The notes beneath the pieces are model-generated. The model was not told the DNA's origin and made no database searches. It saw only the letters and a program-made list of their open reading frames with translations. This document shows positions 23,175 to 32,837 of a DNA stretch of 64,000 nucleotides, piece after piece; position 1 is the stretch's first letter, and the number at the start of each line of letters is the position of its first letter. The stretch comes from Rebecca billardiae RCC1528 (lineage: Eukaryota; Protista; Haptophyta), in NCBI GenBank assembly GCA_965240325.2, contig OZ251222.1:1674001-1738000 (forward strand). Reading direction: 5' to 3'. Position numbers and translations under genes: made by a program.

Positions 23175-25247
23175 ATGAAGTCGACGCCGCTGGTCATCGC
23201 AGCCGCCTGCGTGGCTGCCATCATGGGCCCGATGCCTGCGTGGGCCGCCTCGACCGCCACGGTCTTCACCCGCGCCCCGCTTCGCGCCTCGGCGCTCGTC
23301 CGCCCAGCTGTGCGCCCGTCGCGGCGAGCAGCCGCGCGCGTGTGCATGGCGAAGAAGAGTAAGAAGAACAAGGGCGGCGCGAGCCTGGCGCAGAAGGATG
23401 CCCGCGCGTCGAAGCAGGCGTCCGCCCAGCGCTCTTTCGAGGAGCAGGCAAAGAAGTTCATGTTCACCATGCAGGGCCTCACGAAGACGCTGCCGGACGG
23501 CTCCCGCACGCTGCTGAAGAACATCAACCTGTGCTTCTTCCCCGGCGCCAAGATTGGCGTCGTCGGCCTCAACGGCGCGGGCAAGTCGACCCTCCTCAAG
23601 ATCATGGCTGGCGTGGACACGGAGTTCGACGGCACCGCCAAGCCGCTCGAGGGCGCGTCCATCGGCTTCCTCCCGCAGGAGCCCGAGCTGCAGGGCGAGA
23701 CTGTGATCGACCACATGCGCGAGTCGCTCAAGAGCGGGCAGAAGCTCATCGACCAGTTCAACGAGCTCTCGGCGAAGCTGTGCGAGCCGCTGGACGACGA
23801 CGAGATGGCGGCCGTGATGGACGAGACGGCGCGCGTGCAGGACGCCATCGAGGCGGGCAACCTGTGGGAGCTCGAGCGCACGATGGAGCGCGCGATGACG
23901 GCGCTGCGGTGCCCTCCGAACGACGCTGTCAACGAGGTGCTGAGCGGCGGCGAGAAGCGCCGCGTGGCGCTGGCGGGGCTGCTCGTGCAGGGGCACGACA
24001 TGCTGCTGCTCGACGAGCCTACCAACCACCTCGATGCCGCGTCCGTCGGCTGGCTCGAGCAGTTCCTCGCCCAGTTCAAGGTGACGGGACGCGGCGGCGC
24101 TCTCCGCACGCGCGCGCCGCCGCGCGCGCTGCGGCCTCGCGCCCGCCCCAACCCGGCGCGGCTGACGGACGCCGCCCGCCGCGTCCGCGCGCCCCTTCGC
24201 GTGCAGGGCACGGTGGTGGCGATCACGCACGACCGCTACTTCCTCGAGAACACGTGCCAGTGGATCCTCGAGCTCGACCGCGGCGAGGGCGTGCCGTTCG
24301 AGGGCAACTACTCGGGCTGGCTCGCCAAGAAGGCGGAGAGGCTAGCCCAGGAGAAGCGCGACGACGACGCGCTGCAGCGCACGCTCAAGAACGAGCTGGA
24401 GTTCATCAAGCAGACGCCGAAGGGGCGCTCGGCCGTGTCGAAGGCGCGGCTCAACCGGTACGACGAGCTCGCCGCGATGCCCGCGCGCGAGCGCCTCTCG
24501 CACTCGGCGCAGATCTATCTACCGCCCGGACCGCGGCTGGGCGAAGTCGTGATCGAGGCGAGCGGGCTCAAGAAGTCCTTCGACGGGCGCGTGCTCTTCG
24601 ACGGGCTGGACTTCTCGCTGCCGCGCGCGGGGATCGTGGGGATCATCGGGCCGAACGGCGCGGGCAAGTCCACGCTGCTCAAGATCCTGCAGGGCCTCGA
24701 GAAGCCCGACGGCGGCGAGCTGCGCGTCGGCGAGACGGTGAAGATGATCTGCGTCGGCCAGGGGCGCGAGGGGCTGAGCGACGACCGCTCGGTCTTCACC
24801 GAGATCACGGACAACGACAACGAGATCGAGCTGGGCACGACGAGCGTGCTCTCGCGCGCGTACGTCTCGTGGTTCGGCTTCCGCGGCAACGACCAGCAGA
24901 AGCTGGTCGCCAGCCTCAGCGGCGGCGAGCGCAACCGCGTGCAGCTCGCCAAGCTCGTGCGCTCGGGCGCCAACGTGCTCATGCTCGACGAGCCGACCAA
25001 CGACCTGGACGTGGACACGATCCGCTCGCTCGAGGAGGCGCTGCTCACGTTCGCGGGGTGCGCGCTCGTTGTGAGCCACGACCGGTACTTCCTCGACCGC
25101 GTCGCGACGCACATCCTCGCCTTCGAGGGCGACTCGAAGGTCACGTTCTTCCAGGGCAACTACGCGGAGTACGAGGCGGACCTGATCGCGCGCGTGGGCG
25201 AGGAGGCCGCGCAGCCCAAGCCGGTCAAGTTCGCCGCGCTCGCGTGA
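23175..25247 (+). CDS. ettA: ABC-F translation throttle EttA-like ATPase with bipartite (signal + transit) plastid-targeting presequence; in-frame intron 24081-24206
   Basis: Two NBDs (GLNGAGKST/LSGGE/LLDEPTNHLD; GPNGAGKST/LSGGE/LDEPTNDLD). 'FFPGAKIGVVG' and 'PPGPRLG' are typical of EttA. Removing the 126-nt GT..CAG segment restores 'QFK|GTVVAITHDRYF'. Confidence 0.92.
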   Translation: MKSTPLVIAAACVAAIMGPMPAWAASTATVFTRAPLRASALVRPAVRPSRRAAARVCMAKKSKKNKGGASLAQKDARASKQASAQRSFEEQAKKFMFTMQGLTKTLPDGSRTLLKNINLCFFPGAKIGVVGLNGAGKSTLLKIMAGVDTEFDGTAKPLEGASIGFLPQEPELQGETVIDHMRESLKSGQKLIDQFNELSAKLCEPLDDDEMAAVMDETARVQDAIEAGNLWELERTMERAMTALRCPPNDAVNEVLSGGEKRRVALAGLLVQGHDMLLLDEPTNHLDAASVGWLEQFLAQFKVTGRGGALRTRAPPRALRPRARPNPARLTDAARRVRAPLRVQGTVVAITHDRYFLENTCQWILELDRGEGVPFEGNYSGWLAKKAERLAQEKRDDDALQRTLKNELEFIKQTPKGRSAVSKARLNRYDELAAMPARERLSHSAQIYLPPGPRLGEVVIEASGLKKSFDGRVLFDGLDFSLPRAGIVGIIGPNGAGKSTLLKILQGLEKPDGGELRVGETVKMICVGQGREGLSDDRSVFTEITDNDNEIELGTTSVLSRAYVSWFGFRGNDQQKLVASLSGGERNRVQLAKLVRSGANVLMLDEPTNDLDVDTIRSLEEALLTFAGCALVVSHDRYFLDRVATHILAFEGDSKVTFFQGNYAEYEADLIARVGEEAAQPKPVKFAALA

Positions 25248-25570
25248 GCGCGCGCGGCCGGAGGCTCGCCGGCTTCGGCGTCGCGGGGTCGGGGTCGCTG
25301 CGCGATGCAGCCCCATGGGGGGCCTCTGCCCCGCACTCTGACTCTGTACGCTGCGCGTGGCTCCCGCCCGGGCGCCTCGGTTAGTTACTGAGCTGTCTCC
25401 GATCGACTGCTGTCTGTGTGAGCCGCGCTCAGCACATTTGCCGTAGTGACGCCAGTCTGCACTGCTACGTGACTGACAACTGGTCAGAACGGTCCGACTC
25501 ACAGTGACAGTCAAGACCCCCGTCAAGACTCAGAGTCGGCTGCCGAGGACGTAGTTTGGGTTCATCCGCG

Positions 25571-27175
25571 ATGGCGGCGGCGCACGCCGGCGGTGATGAC
25601 GATGCGATGGCGGCGGCGTCGCCGCGGCGCATCATCGGCGGCCTACTCGCGAGCGTCATCCTCCTGAACGCCGTGGGCATGAGCCTCCCGCTCACCGCGG
25701 TGGGCATCCTCATCGTGCGCGAGGTCGGCTTCGAGGGCAAGCCCGAGGCGCTCAACATGTACGAGGCATGCGCGTTCGTCCCGGTCGCCGCCAACTTCTT
25801 CTTCGGCATGCTGAGCGACTTCGTCGGCGTGGGCTCGAGGGCGGGGCGGCTTCCGAGCGCACGTCGCGCGCTGTGGATCGCGCTGGGCGCCGCGGGCTCC
25901 GCCACGACGCTCCTGCCGTTTGCGCTCGGCCTTGTGCGCACGGAGGCGCAGCTGTACCTGTGCGGCCTCCCGTACTCGTGCATGCAGGCGGTCACCGTCG
26001 CGTCGATCGAGGGGATGCTCGTGCAGCGCGGGCGCGAGGCGGCGGGATCCATGTCCCTCTCCGCGCCCGCCGCCCGGCTGCGTGGCGCCGTGCAGGCCGC
26101 CGACTACCAGCTGCGAGGGCTGGGCGCGCTCACCGGCTACGGTCTCTCGGCGCTGGCGCTCGCCTTCTCGTCGCCCGCGGCCGCCATCATGGCCGGCGTG
26201 GGGTTCTACGCGGCGGTCGTCGTGCTCGCGGCGTGGCTCCTGTACACCGCGCCGAGCCCGACCGCGCCCGCCGCGCCCGCCGCCGACGGCGCCCCGAACG
26301 CCCTGGGCGTCGCCGCCGCGCCGCCCCCGCGGCCGCGGCTCTCGGCGCTCTCGACGGCGTGCGCGTGCGCGCTGCTCGTGTTCCTGTACGAGCTGCCGCC
26401 GACGAGTGACGACACGTTCAGCGCGTACACGTACTCGGGCGCGCTGGGGCTCTCCCCCAGCGTGCTCTCCGCCGCGTCGACGCTCAAGCTCGCCGTCGCG
26501 ATGGTCGTCGCGCCGATATGCCACGGCAGGCTGCGGCTGCCACCGCTGGCTTCGTTTGCGGTCGGCGCGGCGGCGGAGGCGATGGCCGAGCTGGCGCACG
26601 CCGCGCTCGCGCCGGCTGTCGTTGGCGTCGCGCCGCCCGCTCGGCGCGTGCTCCCGCTCTTCTTTGCGACCTCGTGCTTCACCGCGATGTGCGACGGCTT
26701 CGCCTTCCTGCCCGTGCTCACGCTCGCGGCGATCGCCGCGCCGGCAGGCAGCGAGGCGACGGCGTTCGGACTCGTCACGAGCGCGCAGTCGATTGCATCG
26801 CTTGGGGCCGCGGCCATCTCGGCGACGCTCACCGCGCGGCTGGGCGTTGGCGGCGGCCGCTCGGCGGCGGGCTCGGCGGACACGGCGCGAAGCTGGGCGC
26901 GCCTGCCAGCACTGGTCGTGGTCTGCGCCGTGCTCAAGCTGGTCGCTCTCGCCTTTGTCCTGCCGCTGCTGCGGCGGGTGCTGCGGCGCGGTGCTGACGG
27001 CACGCTGGTGCTCGGCGGCGCTGCTGAACGCGAGGGCACGACGCCACCGCCCGACGATTGGCGCGCTTCGTTCTCGGCACCGCTGCTGGATGAAGGGGTC
27101 GGGCGAGTAGACGTCGAGAACGACCCCGTTCGGGCCGTAGCTGCGTGCCCGACCGGGTCCGGTGCTACTGACTAG
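25571..27175 (+). CDS. MFS transporter, folate-biopterin (BT1)-like
   Basis: About 11-12 hydrophobic segments; 'FFFGMLSDFV' and 'FLPVLTLAAIAAPAGSEATAFGL' resemble BT1 motifs. Confidence 0.75.
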   Translation: MAAAHAGGDDDAMAAASPRRIIGGLLASVILLNAVGMSLPLTAVGILIVREVGFEGKPEALNMYEACAFVPVAANFFFGMLSDFVGVGSRAGRLPSARRALWIALGAAGSATTLLPFALGLVRTEAQLYLCGLPYSCMQAVTVASIEGMLVQRGREAAGSMSLSAPAARLRGAVQAADYQLRGLGALTGYGLSALALAFSSPAAAIMAGVGFYAAVVVLAAWLLYTAPSPTAPAAPAADGAPNALGVAAAPPPRPRLSALSTACACALLVFLYELPPTSDDTFSAYTYSGALGLSPSVLSAASTLKLAVAMVVAPICHGRLRLPPLASFAVGAAAEAMAELAHAALAPAVVGVAPPARRVLPLFFATSCFTAMCDGFAFLPVLTLAAIAAPAGSEATAFGLVTSAQSIASLGAAAISATLTARLGVGGGRSAAGSADTARSWARLPALVVVCAVLKLVALAFVLPLLRRVLRRGADGTLVLGGAAEREGTTPPPDDWRASFSAPLLDEGVGRVDVENDPVRAVAACPTGSGATD

Positions 27176-27187
27176 TGACTGCTGCTC

Positions 27188-27725
27188 TTAGTCGGATAGA
27201 ATAACACTGCTAGTCCTCAGCTGGCAAACTACCGCGCGCGCGCGCGCGCGCGCCTAAGTTCCCGCTCCCCCCACTGCGTCCTTGCTTTTATGGGCGGCCC
27301 CCGACCGGAACGAGTGTGGGGGCGGACGCCCGGGCCTTTCAGCCCGAGCGCCCTTGTTATTGTTAGTGGCTTTGCCTCCGCCATCTCCTTACGCGAGCAA
27401 GCAGAAAGCAGAGGCTCACCGCGAGACGAGGTTCATCGACGTTTGTACATTTGACCTCGGCTTCGCGGGAGTGGTCGATTGATGGGCCCAACGTTTGTTC
27501 AAGCAAGTTACAGTGTCTCTGAACTTGTGGGCGGTCTAGTCTTGATATTGATGTTGATGCCGAACCAGCAATGTTCCATCCGATGATTCGTCCGCTTTCT
27601 TTGGGGCAGAGTCGGACTCCATGGTCACCGCTGAAGTAAGCGATAGTATATGCTTGTTCGTCATTGTCTTTTGCCAGGGACCCACTGACTGTGGATACCT
27701 TGGGCAACAGACAACGATTCCCCCA
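27188..27725 (-). repeat. Split direct repeat B2
   Basis: 538 bp matching 28727-29264; one substitution seen (27482 A vs 29021 G). Confidence 0.95.
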
Positions 27726-27897
27726 CGATTCCTTTCCTACGGCGAAAAGAAAAAGCGCTGGCAACCAAAATTGTCGGTCCATTGATTAACAAGGTTGGTT
27801 GATGAAGCCGTTTTCATTTGCTTCAACAGGCTCGGCTTGCTCGCCGGAAAAGATGGAATTCCGTAACAACGAAAATGAATGCGGGCGGGTGGGAGGG

Positions 27898-28726
27898 AAA
27901 AGAGCTTTGATTCCTACTACTAGTACTACTGTTAACTGTGCGGGGGGGAGCGACCCTGCTCTTCAGCCGGCATGCCGCCTTCAAGCCTCCCTCCCCAAGA
28001 TAGGTGCCAGCCCCCTCCTTCGAAGCGCGACGCAAACACGTGCGCTTGGGTGGGCACGCGCACAGATGCGCCGGCGCAAGGCGCAACCCCGCGCCCGTCC
28101 ACTCTCCGCGCCAGGGGCGCGGCGCAGGAGGTGCGCCCGGCCGCAAGACTTCGCCGCAGGACGAAATGGCTGCCACTCGGTGCGGCGACCGTCGAAAGGT
28201 TGCCTCTGCCCGCTGCTCGGGGGCCGCACCCGGCCACGGTCCTCGTGCGGCGTGTGATCCTCGTGTGTCGCACGAGCCTCTGCCTTCGTGGGCTCCGCGT
28301 TTGGTCCCGGCTCCGCCTGTCCTCTCCCTTCTGCACTGGCGCGCGCGCGCGCGCGCGGCGGCGATGACTGATCGTACTTCACACTCTTCCTGTCGCGCGA
28401 CAGTGTACCTCTGCATCATACGTATTGCCCGTACGGCTGCATCCAAGTACGTTTGTACGTCCTGGATGTTCCATTTGCCAGCTACCTCTCTCCGAGGCCT
28501 CACGCGTTCGGCTGCCTACTGGGCCCTTGGCTGCCAGCTACGATCCGAATGGTGTCTCTCCTTGCGCGCGCGCGCGACGCGCGCGGCGCCGCCAACTCTG
28601 GTGAGAGCCTCCGCCTGGATCCTGCCTTACTGCCGGCCTCTACCGGCCGTCAATGGCCATGTTGCCAAGGGCCGCCGACGGTTGGCCCGACTAAAGTTCT
28701 CGTTAGACACTGTGGTCTAAGAGGGG
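27898..28726 (-). repeat. Split direct repeat A2
   Basis: Matches 34332-35147 apart from small insertions near 27915-27937. Confidence 0.95.
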
Positions 28727-29264
28727 TTAGTCGGATAGAATAACACTGCTAGTCCTCAGCTGGCAAACTACCGCGCGCGCGCGCGCGCGCGCCTAAGTTC
28801 CCGCTCCCCCCACTGCGTCCTTGCTTTTATGGGCGGCCCCCGACCGGAACGAGTGTGGGGGCGGACGCCCGGGCCTTTCAGCCCGAGCGCCCTTGTTATT
28901 GTTAGTGGCTTTGCCTCCGCCATCTCCTTACGCGAGCAAGCAGAAAGCAGAGGCTCACCGCGAGACGAGGTTCATCGACGTTTGTACATTTGACCTCGGC
29001 TTCGCGGGAGTGGTCGATTGGTGGGCCCAACGTTTGTTCAAGCAAGTTACAGTGTCTCTGAACTTGTGGGCGGTCTAGTCTTGATATTGATGTTGATGCC
29101 GAACCAGCAATGTTCCATCCGATGATTCGTCCGCTTTCTTTGGGGCAGAGTCGGACTCCATGGTCACCGCTGAAGTAAGCGATAGTATATGCTTGTTCGT
29201 CATTGTCTTTTGCCAGGGACCCACTGACTGTGGATACCTTGGGCAACAGACAACGATTCCCCCA
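28727..29264 (-). repeat. Split direct repeat B1
   Basis: Matches 27188-27725 and abuts A2 directly. Confidence 0.95.
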
Positions 29265-29861
29265 AACCGGATGGACCGGAGCGACACCCTGATAAGTATC
29301 ACTGTGTCGGTCGGTTCTTCCATATCGGACCAGCAGCAACTATCGCTAGCCAGGGCTTCTGACCGCACTGTCCAGTTTATCCCCCACATGTAGAGCGGAC
29401 GGACCGATGGTGGTCATCGATGGAAAAACTACTCACAATATTCGGCCGCACACTGCTAGTTCCCGCCTGAGTTGGGCTCCTGGTTCGATCACTCTCCCAA
29501 ACAATAACAATATAGATTGTATGTCTACTGGCATGCGATTTGTGCATCCGGTAGTACAAAGTACCTGTGCGAGCAGGGCAAGGGGGGGGGGGGGGGGTGT
29601 GCACATTATCCGTCAGCACGAATGACTGTCATCGTTTGACAAAATGCACAACACAACTGTTTAACACTAGCGACCACTGCTGTCCCGCCACTCGACGCAC
29701 TGTCAGGAACGGTCAATGAGTCATATGTGAATAAATGCATTAATTAATTATATATATATATATATATATCTATGATCGTGTGTATAACTCGACAAGTGGG
29801 CTTGCTTCCAGCCTTGGCGTGGTCGGTTGCATCAATCGCAATGTCTGTCCAGTGCTGAGCC

Positions 29862-30911
29862 TTAGCCGAGTGCTTTTGCCATTCGAGCACATAATTGGCC
29901 TCGCCGCAAAGCCTGAGACGAGTAGGATCGCCACACGCCCGAATGCCACCTGCCAATAAGCTTGCAGTCGTCCTCTGTCAATTTGGCCGACTCTGCCAGC
30001 CATAACCCTGTACGCCGCCATGTATGTGTCCCGAGGGCCGTACCCCCCAACCCCAGGGTGACTCCGAGGGCGTGTGCCCACCCTAGCGCCTCCTCATATG
30101 GTAGGGGGCAGCCTCTTGACTTGGCTGAACTAAAGACTGGCCCCGACGGTACCTCACCTCGTCGGAGGCGTGAGCGACTGTACTGCCACCAATCTCGCAG
30201 TGCCAGCACCGGGCAGCACACCCCTGAAGTGTTGGTGAGCTTAGGTAGCCAGACGCCCACTGGCTCGCGCTGTCGTTTGCCACGGTGTAGAATGATAAAT
30301 ATCCCTTTTCCCGTTGTGTCCCAAAGCACGTCGTCCCAGTGTATGATTCTGGTACCCTGCCCCACAGCGGAGTGTCCCCCTTCAGAGAAATGTTCAGACC
30401 GTAGCAGCCCGAATGTCGCCACAGTGACTAATGCCAGCCACATCTTGTCTCGGTGCGCTCGGGACAACTTCAGCCGAGCACAAACTGTCGAGAATTGAGC
30501 CGCCGTCAGTCCCCGCTTCCTTAAAGGGGTCTTTCCGTGTTGCGCTTCTATAAACTGTACGATCCGTTTTTCAACGAAGCTACGTTTGCAGACGGTATAA
30601 CCTCTCGCTCGTGCCCAAGCTCGGACCGCCCCTGTGTACGTCTTTACCGTATTCGCCAAATTCCCAGCGGCCAGCAGGAACCCAGCAAACCGTTCAAATT
30701 GCTTGTTAATGTGAAACCCATCCGGCCGTAGATGGTATTGGCCGCAGAATCGCAGCCACGCCTTGACTGCCGTATTGTACGACCGAGTTGTATTTGCCTC
30801 TACTCCCGCCTGAACCACTGTCTCGACCACTGAATCTAATTGTTTCAACGTAGATACCTTCCTCGTTGGGCCTGCCGGTGGCCTGCCCATTAAGCTCAGA
30901 ATTTGTTCCAC
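29862..30911 (-). CDS. Tyrosine recombinase of the retrotransposon
   Basis: N-terminal SAM-like 'TTRSYNTAVKAWLRFC'; catalytic R (GLLRSE), K (GKR), HxxR (HTWRR), W (GRW), Y (RSYS) all present. Confidence 0.93.
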   Translation of the reverse strand: MEQILSLMGRPPAGPTRKVSTLKQLDSVVETVVQAGVEANTTRSYNTAVKAWLRFCGQYHLRPDGFHINKQFERFAGFLLAAGNLANTVKTYTGAVRAWARARGYTVCKRSFVEKRIVQFIEAQHGKTPLRKRGLTAAQFSTVCARLKLSRAHRDKMWLALVTVATFGLLRSEHFSEGGHSAVGQGTRIIHWDDVLWDTTGKGIFIILHRGKRQREPVGVWLPKLTNTSGVCCPVLALRDWWQYSRSRLRRGEVPSGPVFSSAKSRGCPLPYEEALGWAHALGVTLGLGGTALGTHTWRRTGLWLAESAKLTEDDCKLIGRWHSGVWRSYSSQALRRGQLCARMAKALG

Positions 30912-31501
30912 AGTCCCGCCGGGCGACGCACGCGCCGCGGCGGCTTGCGGATGTTTTTAATGAGATGCCACTTGTCCTTTCTGGACAGGGCATCGGCGTA
31001 GTCGTTGTCTACGCCGCTAATGTGTGTAGCACGGAGAAGGAATCCATGACGTACTTCCAGAAGATTCAGTTGTCGCAAGAGTGGCAGAGTCTCGGCGCAC
31101 CGGGTCGAGTGTTTGTTTATTGAGTCCACGACGGCTTTATTATCCACAAAGGCAAGCACCCTTTGGGCCTTCCACTTCGGCCCCCAGCGTTGTGCGGCGC
31201 GGACTACCGCGTATAATTCTTTTGGGTAGATGTGTGAAAAGGAATGTTGTGCAAACCCAGTGCCAAATGTATCTTCGCCGTGTGCAGTGGCGCCCCAGCC
31301 ATTGTCCGAGGCGTCCGAGAAAACGGCTACGCAAGGCTTAGGTCGTTCTTCTAAAAACAATGTGCGCGGCTGCCAGTGGCGCACCGCGCGCGCCCACCAG
31401 CGCAGATCGTCTTTTGTTGTTGCGGACAAGCGCACGGGCAGGTTTTTGGTCCCCCTCCTCGCCGCGCCGTCGCGCCGCTTCGCTATTTTCGTCGTCGTCT
31501 G
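30896..31501 (-). CDS. RNase H domain of pol
   Basis: 'DLRWW', 'FSDASDNGWG', 'HIYPKELYAV', 'FVDNKAVV', 'HISGVDNDYADALSR': DIRS-type RNase H with D-E-D-D. Confidence 0.92.
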   Translation of the reverse strand, partial: QTTTKIAKRRDGAARRGTKNLPVRLSATTKDDLRWWARAVRHWQPRTLFLEERPKPCVAVFSDASDNGWGATAHGEDTFGTGFAQHSFSHIYPKELYAVVRAAQRWGPKWKAQRVLAFVDNKAVVDSINKHSTRCAETLPLLRQLNLLEVRHGFLLRATHISGVDNDYADALSRKDKWHLIKNIRKPPRRVRRPAGLWNKF

Positions 31502-32829
31502 CTGACTCGCGTCGCGCGCGCGCGCGCGCGCGCGCGCGCGCGCTGCGTCCCGCGCGCGCGCGCATGCACGAGCACGAGCAAGCGGCGTAGGTACGGACGG
31601 CACCGAGGGTTGGCTCGCGCGAGCCAGCCTAGTCGGCCGCACAGGGACTCGAGCTGAGCCACTGACGCCGCCGTCCGCCGCCGCAAAATACTGTCGATTT
31701 CGATTTTTACGTTGGTAAGCCGCTCCCTGGTGACTGTCAGCTCGCACTTCACCGAGTCGAGGACGACTCCTAAAAACTCACAGCGACGGGTCGGCGGCAC
31801 TGTCTTGTCCTCCCTCACGACCAGGCCGAGTTTGGCCAGGAGCGCGTGAAAAGCCTCCAGTGCCGCCTCACACGAGGCTTTGTCTCTGCAGATCAGTAGA
31901 AAATCGTCGAGGTAGTTGACTAGTGCCACTACCCCGTCGGGAGCGATTGCCATGAAGGCCCGGCGAACTGCATCTCCGACCAGTGAAAATACATACGGCG
32001 CACTCTTTGCCCCGAAAGGCATGCGAGTCATGTGGCAGAACCCATCCTGCCAGGCAAAGCCCAAGTGTCGCCAGTCGTCTGGACGGAGATGAATGTGTGG
32101 GAACGCACTTTTAATGTCCACCTTCGCCATCCAATAACCTGGCTGCAGAGCCTTACACGCGTGATTCACTTCGCGGTAGCGAAACGGAATATCGGGTATA
32201 GTTTCGTTCAACCCGGAGCGCCGACAGTCAAATATCATGCGGATTTCATCGTACGAGCCGTGTTTCGGGACCACCCCGAGAGGTGTGACACAGAGCCGGT
32301 CGTGCCTGACTGAGCCGTCGGGGAGGGGCGTAAAAACAGAGCGATCTGGTTCAGCTTGCACCGCCCATCCGTTTTTGAGCCAGTCCTCGACCTGGTCTGC
32401 TGCCTTGTCTCGATGTTTGTGCACTGAATCATAATTGTACTGATCACAATGGGCGAGGCTGCTCTGCGCTAACGAGTGTGTTGGATCGTCGCCTCCCGCC
32501 GACGCCAGTCCCGGGAAGCAGCTAAAACCGCTGTACACACATGCCACCACGTATCTTGTAACATGTGCTGCCTCGTCGGTGCTGTCGCCTGGCGGGAGGG
32601 GCTGCCGCCAACTCGCCCGTGCGTCGAAGAGCGGGCAGCCTCGGTAGATTTTATCGTAAAATTGACTGTGCTGGCACGCACAGTCGTAACATGCTAGACT
32701 ACACACCGGACATTGTGGAATTGGCTCAGGGGGGTTGAGCAGGGGGTCGTCGGATATTGCTGAGGGGATGTTGCAACTATCTTGCCGGGCGGGATTACTT
32801 GCTGGTGAGGTTACGGTCGCCTGATCGGG
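31483..32829 (-). CDS. Reverse transcriptase domain of pol
   Basis: 'GVVPKHG..RMIFDCR', 'KVDIKSAFPHI', 'MPFGAKSAP', 'YLDDF', 'EFLGVVLDS'. The frame is open back to a TAG near 32830 with no early ATG. Confidence 0.93.
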   Translation of the reverse strand, partial: PDQATVTSPASNPARQDSCNIPSAISDDPLLNPPEPIPQCPVCSLACYDCACQHSQFYDKIYRGCPLFDARASWRQPLPPGDSTDEAAHVTRYVVACVYSGFSCFPGLASAGGDDPTHSLAQSSLAHCDQYNYDSVHKHRDKAADQVEDWLKNGWAVQAEPDRSVFTPLPDGSVRHDRLCVTPLGVVPKHGSYDEIRMIFDCRRSGLNETIPDIPFRYREVNHACKALQPGYWMAKVDIKSAFPHIHLRPDDWRHLGFAWQDGFCHMTRMPFGAKSAPYVFSLVGDAVRRAFMAIAPDGVVALVNYLDDFLLICRDKASCEAALEAFHALLAKLGLVVREDKTVPPTRRCEFLGVVLDSVKCELTVTRERLTNVKIEIDSILRRRTAASVAQLESLCGRLGWLARANPRCRPYLRRLLVLVHARARGTQRARARARARATRVSRRRRK

Positions 32830-32837
32830 CTAGTGGA

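Noticed and set aside
23126-24226. 832-aa version of cystathionine beta-lyase
   Set aside because: The extension is the antisense shadow of ettA; homology starts near 23014.
27363-29389. ORFs within the B and A repeats as an extra element gene
   Set aside because: N-termini differ between copies, no recognisable domain; identical peptides simply reflect the DNA repeat.
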